Assembly (NCBI GenBank): GCA_036172245.1
Contig: JAYWIR010000006.1
Span: forward strand, 4,650,001-4,714,000
Direction: 5' to 3'
Length of the DNA stretch: 64,000 nt
Source: Raillietiella orientalis
Taxonomy: Eukaryota
The translations under genes were made by a program, and so were the position numbers. Below, in pieces: positions 1 through 14,299 of this stretch. The number at the start of each line of letters is the position of its first letter. Within the stretch, counting starts at the first letter, position 1. The notes below the pieces were generated by a model. That model searched no databases and was not told where the DNA came from. It saw only the letters and a program-made list of their open reading frames with translations.

Positions 1-780
1 CCCGAGTGCCCCATCTCGCGCCGGGGCCAGATCCTGGGTATTTCGGGGAAGATCTGCGGTGGCCCCCAGTGCTCTTTGACACCTACGCCCTCCCCTTAAA
101 GTGGCAGGAGTCGACGCTGCTGCTGGCGCACTGGAGTCTGCCGTGCATCACTGGACACGGGGGTGTGTGAACCCCCCGCACTGTGCCAGGTGCGGGGAGC
201 GGGAATCCGTCCCGCACCTGCTAGTGGACTGTGTTGCCCTCCGTCCCCTCTGGAAACGCTTTGCGGCGACCCTAGGAACCGCCGGCGGCAACTCCAGGGA
301 CGCTCTGAAACCTCTCTTCGTTCGCGCCTCTCTTTGGCCTGCAGCCCAAGCGTAGGAACAGCCCTATGTGGGATTGTAGCGATCTGGGGCGACGCAAGAG
401 GGGGGGGGGGGGGCATAGCAACAGGTATGCCGCCATCCACTTTACCGTCCGCTTCCCGAGGATGGATGGCGACAAGATGGCCCCACCTGAAGAGCAGCAT
501 GCAGCAAGAGCTGGTCGACATCCTGACATGGATGCAGTGGATCGCCCCCAATCGACAGTGATCCCTTCCCGCACCCTTCCAAGTTTATTTTCTTTTTGTT
601 TGCCCCCTCCCCTCTGCTGCCGTGGAGAACCTCACCGGTCTGCGTACCGGGGCAACCCGGCAAGCTCCCGTTGAAATGGACGTAATCGAACCACCGACCG
701 GTCCAAAAAATTACCACAAAATTCGTACATGTGGCACACATGGCACACCCGAGTGGAAATCCAAGAGCTCCCAGTTAAGA
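1..780 (+). mobile_element. Tx1-like non-LTR retrotransposon, 3' fragment (ORF2 C-terminal zinc finger + 3' UTR)
   Basis: Frame 101-355 reads HWTRGCVNPPHCARCGERESVPHLLVDC..LRPLW, the CxxC..E...H...C zf-RVT motif of L1/Tx1 ORF2. It is followed by a T-rich 3' UTR shared with other copies. Frameshifts and stops are present. Confidence 0.8.
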
Positions 781-3700
781 AAACCTTCGTTTTCCTTTCT
801 ATTTCGTGTCTGAAGCTTGAGGGGGAAAAAAAATTCTTCTTTTTCATGGTAAACTCGAGGTCCTGTTTCGAAGTCGTCTTTTCTTGAAAGGGTTTGCAAG
901 AAGACAGCGAGAGGGAGCGCAGTTCCGTTGGTCCGATTTGGACACGACACGTGGGTCACGTGGCCGTGCGGTCCGTTCGCGGAGAGCGGCGCCAACTGGG
1001 CAGTTTGGTGGACCGAAGCGAACATCTTGATGCGCACTCCTTTAGGATCTGTTCCCAAGGGATCACGCGCGCCGGGCACGCAGCGCCAGTGAAAACACCG
1101 ACGGTGGCAACGGGAAGGAGCTCCGTGCCTCATCATGTCAGGAGGTCTTCCTGAAAGGAACCGTCGTCCACCCGGACCGCCCCCGTGCGAGTCGTTGTTC
1201 CATTACGTAAGCAGTGGAACGAATGCTTGTTGACCGCGAGGGTGAAACACCGTCGCGTAGAAGCGTTTCCTAAGTCATCGCACCCCCCACCCTCCCACCC
1301 TTCCTTTTCCTTGTCATCTAACGCAACCTTTAGCCTCCCTTTGTCCTCCCTGCCCTGCGCCTCCAGGTCATCACGTCGAGTAGGAGGGACTCACCGACGC
1401 CGGACGGGGCCTCCAGGAATGGGCTTTGTATGGCGGTGTTGAAGTGCCGGGCATCTTCAGTGAGGACACACACGTGTACAAGCGTGGCACCGTGGCGCCA
1501 CGGTTCCTGCCTGCCTGGGGTTGGCGGGATCGCTCGAGGTCTTTCAGCAAGGCGGGGCCGACCGTTCGGACCGCTGTAAGGCGTAACTGCAAAGAATGCG
1601 CTGTCTCTCACAATGCCGAAATGCTACGCCAATATATCGGATGATAGAAGAGGAAAGAAAAAAAAAAAGGGTGGTGGTGGAAGTGTGAATCATTTCCGAT
1701 GGTATGTCATTAGCGAGTCGCTAATAATTGTTCTCAATTATGCCATCGGTTTTTTTTTTTTTCCTATCGTCATTATCATTATTGATCGCTGAGAAGCTTA
1801 CGATTAAGGAGAAAGGAAATATTTCATCGAGCCTATTGAGAAAGAAAAGGACCTGTCGACTGCTGCCTGTTGGCGGAATGAGCGAAGAGATCGCGGCTCG
1901 CCGCAGCGTTTGGACCGCTTCCAAGATCCGACGCCGCGGTCGGAGCGTCCGGGCGCGGTGCGGTTTCTCCCGTAGTCCCAGCAGCGATCTCGAAGGGGTG
2001 GTGGGCGAGACCGTCGTTGCCTGCAGGGGGGCGGGTGGGGGGGCGGAGGAGGATGCGAGGACCACCCCGAGGGAGGTCGCGCCGCGCGTCCCGAGAGAGA
2101 GTTCGCATCGGCTGATTCGCGTCGCTGCCCTTTCGCGTTCGCCTCTGCGCGGAGGCGTTCCGCCCATCTCGAGCCGTGGGGATAAACCCTTCGAGATGGG
2201 GGGATCCCCTCATTCTGCGCTCGAAGAGGAAGGTGCGGCGTCGTCTCCTCCATCTTCGATTCGGTTCCGTGAGGTTTCGTTCGTCGGTTCGCGCGCACAG
2301 GCGCACCCCCTCCCTCCGCGCGCGCGCTCGCTTGCTTGAGATGCACGCAGACAAAGGAGCGCGGGTGCGCACGGGGAACTCAAATCTGTGGGTGATTTGT
2401 TTAAAAGATTTCACCCGGCGAACACGCCGAGAATAGGTGGCTTCCTGTAACTCTCTGCATCAAAGTAAACGATCAGTTTTTGTTACGGCTGAGAGGTTCG
2501 TGATGTTTATGTAGCAGTAGAGAAGAAGCACGCGCTTCCCCCCCCCCCTCTCCCTTTCCCTCCCCCCTCCGTTGTCTTTCGCGATCGGAAGACCACGGAG
2601 TCACCCAGAATTGCATGAACATTAGGCAGTTATCTTCTCCACGCCGGAAATTCCTTCGGCATGTGTTCATCGGGCTAAAAACACACACCTACACACACAC
2701 ACACACACAAAAGGAGAAGGAAAAAAACAGCCGATCTTATCGGTCCTTTCCACTGGAAAGCTCCGCACGCTCGAACTTCTGGGAAGCAACCATTTTCTTC
2801 CCGAGGAGGATTTGGGAAGAAAGAGCTTTGCGATCTCTCTCCGTTGCTGCCCGCGGAAGGGGCAACGGCCGGACCCGACTGCCTGCTTCTTCATCCCCCT
2901 TATTCTCGGAACGGACGGTTCCCGAACGTCCGTCGGTCCGTTTTCCGTTCCGTCCGAAATTCGAAAACGGCCGAAACGACGGCCCTTCGCGCGGATTCGA
3001 GCGGCCCCGGTGGGCCCGAAGGCGCGCCCTCCAGATATGCGGAAAATCCTCGCTCGAGACTGGGGATGCGGTTCGCCATGACGACGGGAAAGGCCGCCAT
3101 GAATGGCTCGCTGGGTCCGCGGTGGGCGGACGGCGCGCAGAGGACGCCGACGACGTGGACACGCGCGCGTCCACGTCGTCGGCTTTCGCGCTTCTCGGAC
3201 GCCCGAGCTTCTCCGCGAGTGGGTGGATGGCCCCGCGGAGTCCACTTTAGCAAACAGGCTCGCGCCGAAGGAGGTGTGGCTCCGAGATGGCTCGCCAGCC
3301 AGCATCACCTTCGGTTCTGACTGGACCTTCGCGCGGGGGGTGAGCCACCTGGTTGCTTCCCCGCTGCGTCGGAGGGAGGCGCAACCGCCGCCGCTATGGG
3401 GAGAGAGAAGGACGCCCCTGCTCGGCAGCAACACCTGGAGACGGGGGAAAACGCGGGACCTCCTTGCGCAACAGGTGCTCCGTCCGCAGCCAGGAGCGGG
3501 AGCGGGAAGCTCCCGTTTTCGCTTTCGTTCCCATGCGCCAGTCAGACGAGTCCAGCGGGAAACCTTTGCTTTGCTCTCCCACTTTCGCCAGTCGTCCTCT
3601 TCGTGCCGCCGCCATTCGGCGCGGTTCGCGTTTTATTCACGCGCGTCCTTCGCGACCGCTCCGCGGCGTTCCAACAATCAAATGGAGAAACCACGGGCGC

Positions 3701-6700
3701 CGCGTTGGCTCCGCTTCGTTGCCCTGCCAACGCTGAGGAACTCGCGGAGGAGCGCGCACCGCCTCCTGCCCCCCCCCTCCCCCATCGCGTTTCGGCTGCA
3801 GACGGCGACCTTCGGCGGAGGTGGAAGTGACGAGCCGACCGTGCGTGTTTTTTTTTTTTTTTTGTCCAAACGAAGGGGAAGCGCAGCGCCACTTTGGTGC
3901 GCACGTACTCGTGCACCCTTTGCCCCCCTCCCCCGAAAGTGCCAATCCTGGGCGATCTTCAGGATGCTGTCGAGACCAGCGGTGACCGCTGCCTCCTCCC
4001 GTGGAAGCGATGCATTTCGAAGCTGCGCGCTTTGCTTCTTCCCCTTTCTTCACTTCCCCTCCCCCCCCCTTCTCTCTCTCTCTCTCTCTCCCCCTCCACG
4101 CACTGGACGGCAACACCTCTTTGCATGCACTTCCGCTGCCGCTCCGGAACTGACATTTTTTCATCCTTTCGTACCCATGACGAGAATGAATTTGTGGTTT
4201 GGAAGCGACATGTTTTTTTTTTTTTTTTTTTACCACTTCGGAAAGATAAAAAGAAAAGGTCTGCAGGGCGGACTGTTCGCTCAGCGCGCCGTCCACACGC
4301 CCTGCGGCGGGGTCCGTCCGCACCTGAACGACAGGCGAGCGCGCGCCGAGAAAGTCCGCGGCTGCTACTGGCCGGGGGACTCGACGGGGTCCCCAGGAGA
4401 TTCTTCCGGGGGGGGGGGGGCAGGGCGTTGCTGCTTCCGCCTCCGAATTCCCTCCGTTTCCTCCAGACCTGGAGAAGGCGACAGAGCAGCGTTCCCTCCA
4501 GAAATCATTCATGGAAACTCGCGAATCCCGGAACCTCACGTGTGGACGATGCTGGCCGTCCCACGGGAAAATCCGCCTCCGCCCTTTTTCCCAACGCATC
4601 CGCTCCTCCTCCTTTCGCGATATGACGGCTGGAAATGCCGAGACAGACAGGAGCCCCCCCCCGACAGACACACATACAAACACATACAGCCTCGACACTG
4701 GATACGAAAAAACAAGTTTGTTTTTTCGTGCGTGTCGTTGCGGGCGTGGACGGAAGATGTCGGCAGAGGCGCTCAGCAAACGTGGACTTCGCTTGTCGGG
4801 TGACAAAGCGCTTGGAATGGAGAGGTTATTTCCCGTTTTGTTTTCGCTTGCTAAGTGGGTTCGCGAGTCCCGAACACGCGCTCCTTGGGCGTTCGCTCGG
4901 AACAAAAGTGGACGTCCATTTTCCCAGCGCTTCCGCCCGGTAGTTGCTGCCCCCCTCCCCCTCTCGTCTCGCCCTCGGACTTTGCCCCGCGAGAACTCGA
5001 TCCTCCGTGTCCGCGCGGGAGGGATCGTCTTTCGCGCGGCCGCCCCGCCACCCCGCCGTGGCTGCGGACCGATGGGTGGGAAAGGGGGAGAGAGGGGGAA
5101 AACTCCCTGACGCTGCACGGATGGAGTCGTCCCTTCCCGCAAGGAAGCAGCCAGGCTTCCCGCGAAACGGTGGCGGCAGGCGCAGGCAACTCTCTCTCGC
5201 CTCAGGGCGCGGGGGGAGGGTGGATCGGTCTTACCCGCTCCTCGGGAAGTACGGAGGAACGCGGCAGGGCCGGGAAGCCTCCTCCCCCTGCTGGCCTTAT
5301 CCGGACCCGAGATAACTCGCGGCGGTGTCGTAGCGGAGCGGTCGTTATCTCGGGTCGTCCCCTCCGGCCTTCGGCGTCGCTGCCGCTGCCTCGCGGTGCA
5401 GATGGCTTGGCAATTTGCCGCGCTCTTGGGGGGCGCGTCGATCGCCGAGAGCGGGCTCGCCGTGCGCCTCCTCCCTCCTGTCGTCGGTTGTGGTCGTGGC
5501 GGGTAATCCTTGGATCCGTGGGCGCGGCCCCCTCGTCGCATGGGAACCGTGCAGGCGCTTGCATCTCCCAGGAGTGGGTTCGCGCGCCCACCGGGGAGCG
5601 AGCGGCGGCTTCTTGTGGCGCGCGTTGCGTCATCACCGTCCGTCGAGAAGCCACCGACCGCCCTTCGGCGTCCGAGCGCGCGCTCTGCGATCCTCCGCCG
5701 AGTGCCTTGCGGAGTCGACGCCTGCACAGGCGACGTCCGGGGTCCTCCTCTCTTCTCCACCTCTGCTGCCCACTCCCCCAGGATCCCGAGTCCTAGGCGG
5801 CCTACCGCTGCCAGAGGTGCGCGCTCAGCACGGGCGTGCCGCCAGCGGAGCAGCCTGACCCTGCTCGGACAGTAGGAAGGCAGCGATGCCGGAGGCGCTT
5901 GCGAGGATCGACAAGAGGAGGGGGACGGCTCCGGCGCCCGAGCTCCGAAGATGAGCAGAGAGGATGATCATCCTGCAGTGCGCGTCGGGATTCCGACTCA
6001 CCGTGGGATGGACATGGAAGGCGCGCCCGGGACCCTCTCTGTCTCCCGACCTCAGTCCCTCCCTGCCCCTGACCAGAGAAGCGGACGGGTATGAAAAGGG
6101 CTGCCTCTCCAGCTAGGTTCGGAGAGCCTATGCGGACAAGGGGGCGAGGAGGAGCTAACGATGCTGGCGCTCTCCGCGCCTGCGCTCGAGGCGGATATTG
6201 CTGTGGCAGGGGCTTTTCGGATGAGCCTACTGGAGCTCTGGGCGGAGAGGCGAGAAAGGGCCAGTGGGATTACTGCAGCGCATACACGCCCACAAGTCAC
6301 CGCAGCTGCGCACTCGAGTTTGCTTTACCCGTTCGCAGAGGGGAGCACTATCGTGCAGGCCGTCGCCGCAGGCGCGGTCTTTTAGGGGCGCTGGGAGGAG
6401 GCATGGGTGAAGGGAACCGGCGTTGCCTGCTTTTCCCCTCCCGTCAAGTCTCTCTCTTCCTATCGGGAAGCTCCCCGCAAGGCAGCTGGGGTGCCGCCTT
6501 GCGTGTTGCCTTGGAAAAAGCCGTCCTGCAGCAGCATCTGGCGGGAGGCGGGCGAACTTCCAGTGGCAATAAGCGTCTTCCCCTTGCCGACCGTCGCTCC
6601 AGTACTCGGTCCTGGCCGAGGAGGGCAGTGGTGGCTCCTTACTCCGCTCGTACGGGGAATTGCAGACTCGGAGGTGGACGACTTCCGGGACGGGAATCGT

Positions 6701-6759
6701 TCCTTTCGATGTTAGACGACAGCATCGTGCTATCATGCAGCGTCCGTCCGCGATGGTGG

Positions 6760-7335
6760 TTTGACACCCGGTTGCCCAGGGGCGTTTATGTGCATAAAAT
6801 AAACATAGATGTCGGCGGCAGGGTGCCTGGTCCTGCCATGTCACAAGTGCCACAACGGGAACCTGGAGAGAACCGGCGGGTACGCCGTTCGCCTCGGCAG
6901 CACAGGGGGAGGCGAAGCAAACAAAAAGAAAAAGGAAAAAAAAGATATATCTATATATATGTAAAAAATGCGAGGGTTCTGGAAGGGATCACCGGGTAGT
7001 GGAGGGCGCCCTCTGCATCCTGTGCAGGGTGCCGGCGAGTTCCTGTTTCAAGACTCCCAGCTGCGGCCATCTTGACGCTGTCCTCAGGAAGAGGACGGCA
7101 AAATAGATGGCGTCCCTGTCGTCCTGGCCTCCTCTGGCGTTGCTCCATGCAGCTGCGGTCCCACCGCGTGGGCAGCAGAATGCTGCTGGGGATGCGGCCG
7201 GCATGAGGGTGTTGCGCGAGAATAGGCTCTTCCAAACGTCTCTGGAGTTGCCCTGGGGGTTCTGCAGGAACGCGGCAAAGCGTTCCCACAGGGGGCAGAG
7301 GGCAACACAATCCACAAGCAGGATTGTGTTGCCCT
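6760..7335 (-). mobile_element. Tx1-like retrotransposon 3' fragment
   Basis: Minus frame LLVDCVALCPLWERFAAFLQNPQGNSRD...AIYFAVLFLRTASRWPQL is homologous to the copy at 1-780. It ends in the family's ATAAAC-GCCCCTGGGCAACCGGGTGT terminal motif. Confidence 0.8.
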
Positions 7336-7756
7336 CCGCCGCGATGGTGATGGTGGTTTGACCAGCTGACACCCACCGGGACAGGCGGCGGCCGGTCGCT
7401 GTCACGGCGGCGCGGGAAGCACGCGGCACCAGCGCTTACGCAAGGCGGCGGGGGATTGGCGGAGGACGCTCACCACCGCTGTGGCGGACATCCTGCTACC
7501 TGCAGCCGCGGGGCTTCCGGGAAGGCCGTGGACTTCCGCCCAGAGACTCAACATCGACCGACAGGAAGCGGTGCCCCGTAACGCGAAAAGAACGCAGGAG
7601 GAGCGAGCGCGGGCAGGGGTCGCGTGCCCCTGAGGACTTGGGTGAAGGTCCCCGAGGCGATGGGCGGAGGCAGGGAAGGAGCCTGTGCCCGGCGTTCGCG
7701 CGCGCCCTCCTCGATGCTCTCTGTGTCCTTCTTTGCCGCCCCGGTAGCCCCCACGC

Positions 7757-7959
7757 TTTCCCGTGGCGGCGGCGGCCGCCGCACCTTTTGTCGCTCTGGG
7801 CGCTGTTGCGAACGCGGCTGGCAGGAGGAAGTGGCGGCGTCATGACGATCCACGCGCGCCTGCCGGCCGGCCGGCTGCTGCGGGACTCTGGCGGCGTCCC
7901 GGACGGAGACACCCTTTAAAGCCCCGGGCGCGTCTTCTTGCGTGAGTCGTACACGTCAG
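7757..7959. repeat. Left arm of 203-bp inverted repeat (partner 9735-9937)
   Basis: Reverse complement of 9735-9937 with about 2 mismatches, read directly. Confidence 0.9.
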
Positions 7960-9734
7960 TCTTGTGGTCTTCGTACGCGACCCTGACGATAGCGAGAACT
8001 TACAAAGGCGACCAGCTGTTGCTCTTTTTTTTCTTTCTTTTTTTTGCACCTCCTTTCGGGAGAGGCAGGGCATCTCGCTTTGCGGCGAAGAGCGACAAGG
8101 ACTTCCTATTGGCCTCGAAGATGCACACACACAAAAAAAAAGACAGTCAAAACCTGTTGATGCGTACCAGGAAAACAGCGTTTCAGTCGAAAGCGAAATG
8201 AGGTGGTTCAACTGAGAAAGGAAGTTGATTTTTCACTGCATCCCACTGATGTCATCTTCCGTCCATGCTTGCAACGACGCGCAAAGGAAACAAAAACCCT
8301 CCCCCCTCCCTCCCCAAACAGAAGACGAAAGTTCTCCTGTCTCCGTCCCCGAGTGTAATCAGTCCCTCTTCCTGTCCCAGCGCTGCGCTCAAGGGCGTGT
8401 GTGCATTCGTCCACCGCCACACGCGAAGATGACCCCGCGGACGAACAGCGGTCGCCTTGCCCGACGCACGCGGCTCGCCGGCGCTGCACGGAGCTCCCAA
8501 AAGGAAGGAACGGGACGAAGTGAATCAACAAGAGCCTTGAACGAGGTTGGTTGCCAGGTAACCGCAGGAGAACGCTCAGCGGAGCTGCATCCCACGTGGC
8601 GCGCGCGGCGCTGCTCATAAAGAGGAGCACACGCGTGAGGGAGGAACGGAGAAGGGTGGAGCCCGGAGCATGCGCGCGTGCACCGCAGGGCCATGGCACG
8701 GGTGGTGCCAGCGATGGCTCGCATTTCCGCCCCTCCCTTCGCGCCCGCGATACCTCCCGCGTGGCGCGTTTGCCTCGTTTCCACGTCGACGCGCTGTGCT
8801 TCAGAAGTGCCCACCCGAAATCACATCAGTCCGCAAATTAACTTAGAGAAAAAAACACACACACACACACACGCACGCACAAAAAGGAAAAAGGCAGAAC
8901 GCATCCGTCCGTGCAATTTGCAATCAAAAGGAGAATTACTCTGCTCGGAGGAGGAGCCGAAAACACTTGATGCTGCAAGGATGTGTTTTCGATCGGAACA
9001 GCTGACCTTCGGGTCACCCAGACCTCCCCCTCTCAAACGGACGAATGAAAACGAACTCCGCTCGTTCCGCCACGCTCGCTGCCTGTTCGCGAGCGCCGCG
9101 AACCAAACGCCCGGAACGGTCGCCTGGCTCACGCCTGGAAACCCACACGGCACACGCCGTCGTCATGTACTCCCTCGGATCTCAGGGCTTCGTTCCCTTT
9201 TTGCTTGCCGAAGACGAGTTCGGCCGTTGCATACGCAAAACCGATCGCGTATTCGCGCCAGATGATCGGCGTATCCAAGCAACCGACCAAGGAATTCTTC
9301 GTTATTTATTTATTTTTTCTAAAGGAAAAGCTTGCTGCGAAGCAGTTTTCCCGTAGTCTGAACAAAGCACGAACGCCGTAGGTGCGACTTGGTGTCCTCA
9401 ACAGGTCGTTTGAAAACAGTCGACAAGCCCTTGAAAGCGGTGTTTACCCACTCCGGCACGTTTTGTGGGGATCAGTTCCTCCGGATCGAGCATCTCCGGT
9501 CGTCCACAGAAGAAACCTGACCGGCCTCCCCCCCTCTTCTCTCCTTGGCGGGCAGCTCCCCACGGTTGAGCGCCCTCGACGAAAGCCGCTCGAGCAGCGC
9601 CAAGCGGGCGGCAGGCGCACTGCTTGCGGTACGAAAAACGGAAGTCCCTGCCCTTCCGCGAACGCCTGGAAAGGAAGTGGAAAGTGCACGGCCGCCGGCC
9701 GGCCCATCGTCGGCAGACGAGCGCGCGCCTCCCG

Positions 9735-9937
9735 CTGACGTGTACGACTCGCGCAAGAAGACGCGCCCGGGGCTTTAAAGGGTGTCTCCGTCCGGGACGC
9801 CGCCAGAGTCCCGCAGCAGCCGGCCGGCCGGCAGGCCCGCGTGGATCGTCATGACGCCGCCACTTCCTCCTGCCAGCCGCGTTCGCAACAGCGCCCAGAG
9901 CGACAAAAGGTGCGGCGGCCGCCGCCGCCACGGGAAA
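9735..9937. repeat. Right arm of 203-bp inverted repeat (partner 7757-7959)
   Basis: CTGACGTGTACG...GCCACGGGAAA is the reverse complement of the left arm. Confidence 0.9.
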
Positions 9938-12900
9938 ACCAACCAACATCCAACCTAAAAAGAGGGCACAGCGGTGGCGAAGCTGGAGAGGATGGCTTGG
10001 CCAAGACAACTTCAAGGAGACGGACTGCTCGTGCTCCTTTCCTTCCGATGGGAGAACGCCTTCATATCCCCCCAAGCGACTTCTCTCCCGCTCTTCCTCG
10101 GAGGCGTGCGTGCGTTGGTATCCTTGAAAGGGGTTTGTCCAGAGCAGCGGTTGCCAAGCAAGTTCGCATCCTTCTGCTCGAACGCCAGAGGTGCGGGGCC
10201 CAGGCCTCCTCCCATGGATGCGAAGAGCAGGCCAGGCGCGCTCCCCCTCTCCGCAAAGGAAAGGTTCGCGAGGCTGTCTGAGGCTGTCGCGCGCGCAGAC
10301 GCTCATCGCACTCCCACCCCTTCCGTCGACGACAGAGCGGGCGCGCGCGCGTATGCGCAACCCATTCCACGGCTTGCGCGACACGGCGACTAGGGCGCGC
10401 CCTGTAGCGAGACGATCGCTTTGCGCGGCGAATGAACGCACGCACGCGCACCCGGAGATTCTGCGCTGTCTGTGGGAGAAGGGCGCTCGCTCGCGTCTGG
10501 CTGTTCTTCGCACCAATGCAAGTCGCGCAAGGGTGCAACGCGTGCTGCGCCGGGATGCTCGTGAGGGTGCTCCTTTCCCCCCCCCCTCCCCCCAGCTGCA
10601 GATGCGCGCAGAGCGAAGACGCCGGAATGACCGCCTCTCGATTCTCCAGCGTGTTGCCACCACTGCGCGCCACCCAGTGGCGGCTCAGAGCAACGGCGAG
10701 GAAACGCCACTGGAAGAGAGGCATCTCCCGCATCCAGCGGGTTTCTTTTCGGGCGGATCGTTCCCCCCGTCGTGCCTCCCTTTCCACCCTTCGGCATAGG
10801 GAGCAGGGAACTTGGCGATGTCCGGGAAAACGCCGACGCTTTCTCCGACAGCCTGTCTGTCGCGTGTCGCCGGCGGGCTCCGTTTGCTCGGCTCGAAACG
10901 GCGCGCCTCCGCGTTGCCCGGGTGACCGCAACAATGACGGCTCCGTTGCCTGGTTTTCGATTGTCGTGTGGCGGCTGTTGCCCCGGCCGCGCTGCGCATT
11001 TCATGATTCACCTGCCAACCCTGGGAGTTTGTTCCGATTGGTGCTCTCCCCCTCACTCGGCTTTCGAGACGGCTTCATCCGTGCCGTCGGGTTCACATCC
11101 GTGCCCCGTCGGTCCACGTCCGTGCTGAACCCCGGGCCGGTCCGCTGCTGCAGGTGCACGCTTGAGTCGGCCTGGCGATTCGAAAAGTGTGGCTTTTCCT
11201 GAAATTTTCCGCTGCAAGCCATGGGTCTCGCGTGTGCTGCGAAGTGTTCTTTCCGTACAGGACTCCTTCTCAAGCAGTTTGCTTCAGTACGCCCGCTTTT
11301 CCTTTGAAGTTGGGTTCGTTGCACTACCCGAAAAGCCCTCATTTGCTTTCTGCTCTCTGATGGAAATGAGGGCCCCGAACAAAAAGCGGGAGGAAAGGAA
11401 AGCACATTTCGGATGCTTTCGATCTCAGAGATTCGAATTTGATAACCACTCACGAGCTGCGATTCTTTCTTCTGTGGAAACCGTTACCTTTCCTCACGAT
11501 CCGTGATTGCATGTTCATCATCCAGTTGCACTCTACACGGAGCCAAGTGCCCGTGGGAAAGCGGGTCGTCATCAGGTCATCGAAGAGCCTGGATCGCGCG
11601 TAAATAAAAAACAAATGGGGTCAGTTTCTGGAGCCGGGAGTAACGGAAGCGAGCGAGGGAAACGTCGGCCGAGCTTGCACGGATGGCCCTTTTCACCTGT
11701 TCGACCTCCCCGTACTCCCTGCCTTCCTCCATTGACCCCTCACCTCCCAGCTTAGCACGCAGAGCCACTTTGGCTTTCATGGATGGGGCTTTCCTTAGGA
11801 GTCGAATCGACCACCGTGCTGTGAGCGACTCGCAGAGGTGGTCCTTTTGGGAGGTACCTCTCCAACTGGCACGAGCGTATCGAAAGTGCGCGCTCGCGCG
11901 CGTTCTCACGTCCGGTGCCCGTCGACGCAGGGCGCAGCACGGGCAAAAAGAGCGCAGGAGGCGCGCTGGTTGCCGTTGGCTTCCCGCACGGTAGCCTCGC
12001 ACGCTCGCTCGGAGGTTTCCATCCCTCGTGCCGCGTCCTTTGCTGGGCACTCGGTCCGCCACCGCTGCAGATGGGGGGACCGGAGATGACGCGGCGACCT
12101 GCGCGGTTCGACCCGGACGAGAACTGAGACGGCATCAGGTGTGGTCGCTGCCGCTGCCTCCCGGTTGCGGCCGCCCATCCTCCCGGACGGCTCTCGAGTC
12201 CCTCTCGTTCGCCAGTGGCGCGGATTCCGATGCGCTCTCCGGACGCCCAGTAGAGCACCGGTGGCGCCGGTGGCTCTCCACGCCCACGCGCGGCCGCGGC
12301 TTCGCCTTCCCCACGCACTCGCCCGCTGCTCGTTCCCTCCCGAAGGGAGGGAACGAGTTGGTTGCAGCCGATGTGGCGAGATGGCACTGAAGTGAAAGAG
12401 AGAGAACGCTCTCTTTCCTACAGCCTCTTGGGAACCTCGTGCTTCCTCGTGCGTGGCGACCGACCCCCTGTGTTCCCGGAAGCCGTCAGCCTGCAGCTGA
12501 GGAAGGCCTTTTCCCGGTGGCAAGGACTTCCGCTTCGCACACCCAGTAACAACGTGGAAGGTGAGGGGAAGCTGCGCGGCTCGACCCGCTCTGTACGCAG
12601 GATGCCACGCCTCCTCGGTCAGGGTCGGGGATGGGCTGCCCCGCCTTCCTACTCCCCCCCCATCCGGACGCGGAGGACATCCTGGAAAGATCCTATGCGA
12701 GAGAGTGGCAGAAACGGGGGAACGGGAAGGAAGAAGGTGGGAGCACTGGATTACTGGATCGTCAACACCCACCCGGCACTCTCGGACCGGGTGAGAGGAG
12801 CAAGGCGTGTAGGCTGGAGTGAGCAGAGCGTCAACATAGGGGAAGCACCGCCAGCTCGGCCCAGCTTGGAAACCCACGACGACGCCCTCTGAAGCGGCGG

Positions 12901-14299
12901 TCGGGAAGCGAACGTTACCGCTCGTTCACCTCAGTGCCATCTCGCCGCGTCGGCTGCAACCAACGCTTCAGCTCCATGCTGGCCTAAGTTCGCACCAACC
13001 TCACGTGAGGACGGTGACAGAATCCTTCTCCTCCATCATCTTCCTTACCATCATCGTTATCTCCGCAGCCTCCGAGAACTTTCCGTTCGCCGCGGACGCC
13101 CGTGTCCAGATGCTGGTCGTCTTGGAAATTTCCTCTCGTCGTCTTCGTCTTCTCCCGCTCGACAGCCTCGTCCCGCGCCGCGTACAGACCGCGTCTCAAG
13201 GGGCAGCCGGGAGACTCCTGCATCGGGCGGGGCTTCCGAGAAGCCCTTTCCGCGTGCACCGTCGTTGCAGCCCCCGCCCAGAAGCGGCGGGGATGGCTAG
13301 TCGCGTTCCTTTCGAACGCGTGGGGGAGGGCATTCATTCGGTTTCCTCAAGTGACGGACAACTCGGATAAGGAAGGAAGAGCCTTGTGACCTTTGCCTTC
13401 TCCTGGCCCCAGTGAACTGGTCTCGAGGCGGAGGCGAACGCCCTTTCCGGCCACCGCAGCAGCGACCTGGACCGTTGCCGCAGAGACGGGAATACAGTGG
13501 CAGAGAGCGGCGACAGCAGCTAGCGAGGCGCAGGAGACGCCTGTATCAAAGGTCCGACCCTGCGCCTCCAGACAGTCTATGAGACGTGCTGCGCCAGGAG
13601 TCTCTTCTGAGGTTCTTCCTACCGCCTGTGGCCCACCGCTCAGGTTCGCGAGGTCCTTCGGATAGGCCGCAGTTACTGCCCCTGCGAGACTCCGTCAGGG
13701 AACTTCCGAACTTTGGATGTCGGAAGAGGACCGCATGCCGGAAGGATGGCTGAGCGCTCGGTTTCCCAGCTCGCTTTCGTGCTCCCTCCCGGAGCGAACG
13801 CTACCGTCACCAGTTCGGTCGCCTCCCATGAGATGGCAGATCACTCAAGTTCGCGGCTTCGAATAGTCGCGCACGGATGAGTGGGGTAGCAGCCTAGGGG
13901 TCGCAGCAAAGCTTGGTCTAAGGGGGCGGGGGTGGACAGTTCCCGAACCCAGCTGGCTGACAGACACAAGCAGTGATTCCAGGTCACACATCGCCAAACC
14001 AATCAGGGGAGCGAGATGCGATTCAGGGATGCCAGGCACAGGCGCCTTTCATTCCTGCGAACATGCGTGGTACTTCTGCGATGTGGACGTGGTACCAGGG
14101 TGATCCCAATTTCCCATGAATCCTCTGTTGACGAGGATCCTGGAGTCCCATGGAGAGGCGCCTTATCCTCCTGTTCGACCCCTCCTGGAGAGACTTTTAC
14201 TAGGGTGGTCAGAGACCGTGGCAGAGGAGGTGACCTCCCTAAGCACGACTGGGATGGTGGAATGGACTTCCTTACGCTAAAGCGAATGGAGTGATAGTT

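Noticed and set aside
2615..5800. Long overlapping ORFs (566 aa plus, 707 aa minus and others)
   Set aside because: Low-complexity Arg/Pro/Gly/Ala translations that run through homopolymer and microsatellite tracts; expected by chance in GC-rich DNA; no recognisable domain.
6227..6700. Cys/His-rich minus-strand stretch resembling a gag zinc knuckle
   Set aside because: Spacing does not fit CCHC and there is no supporting pol or LTR nearby.
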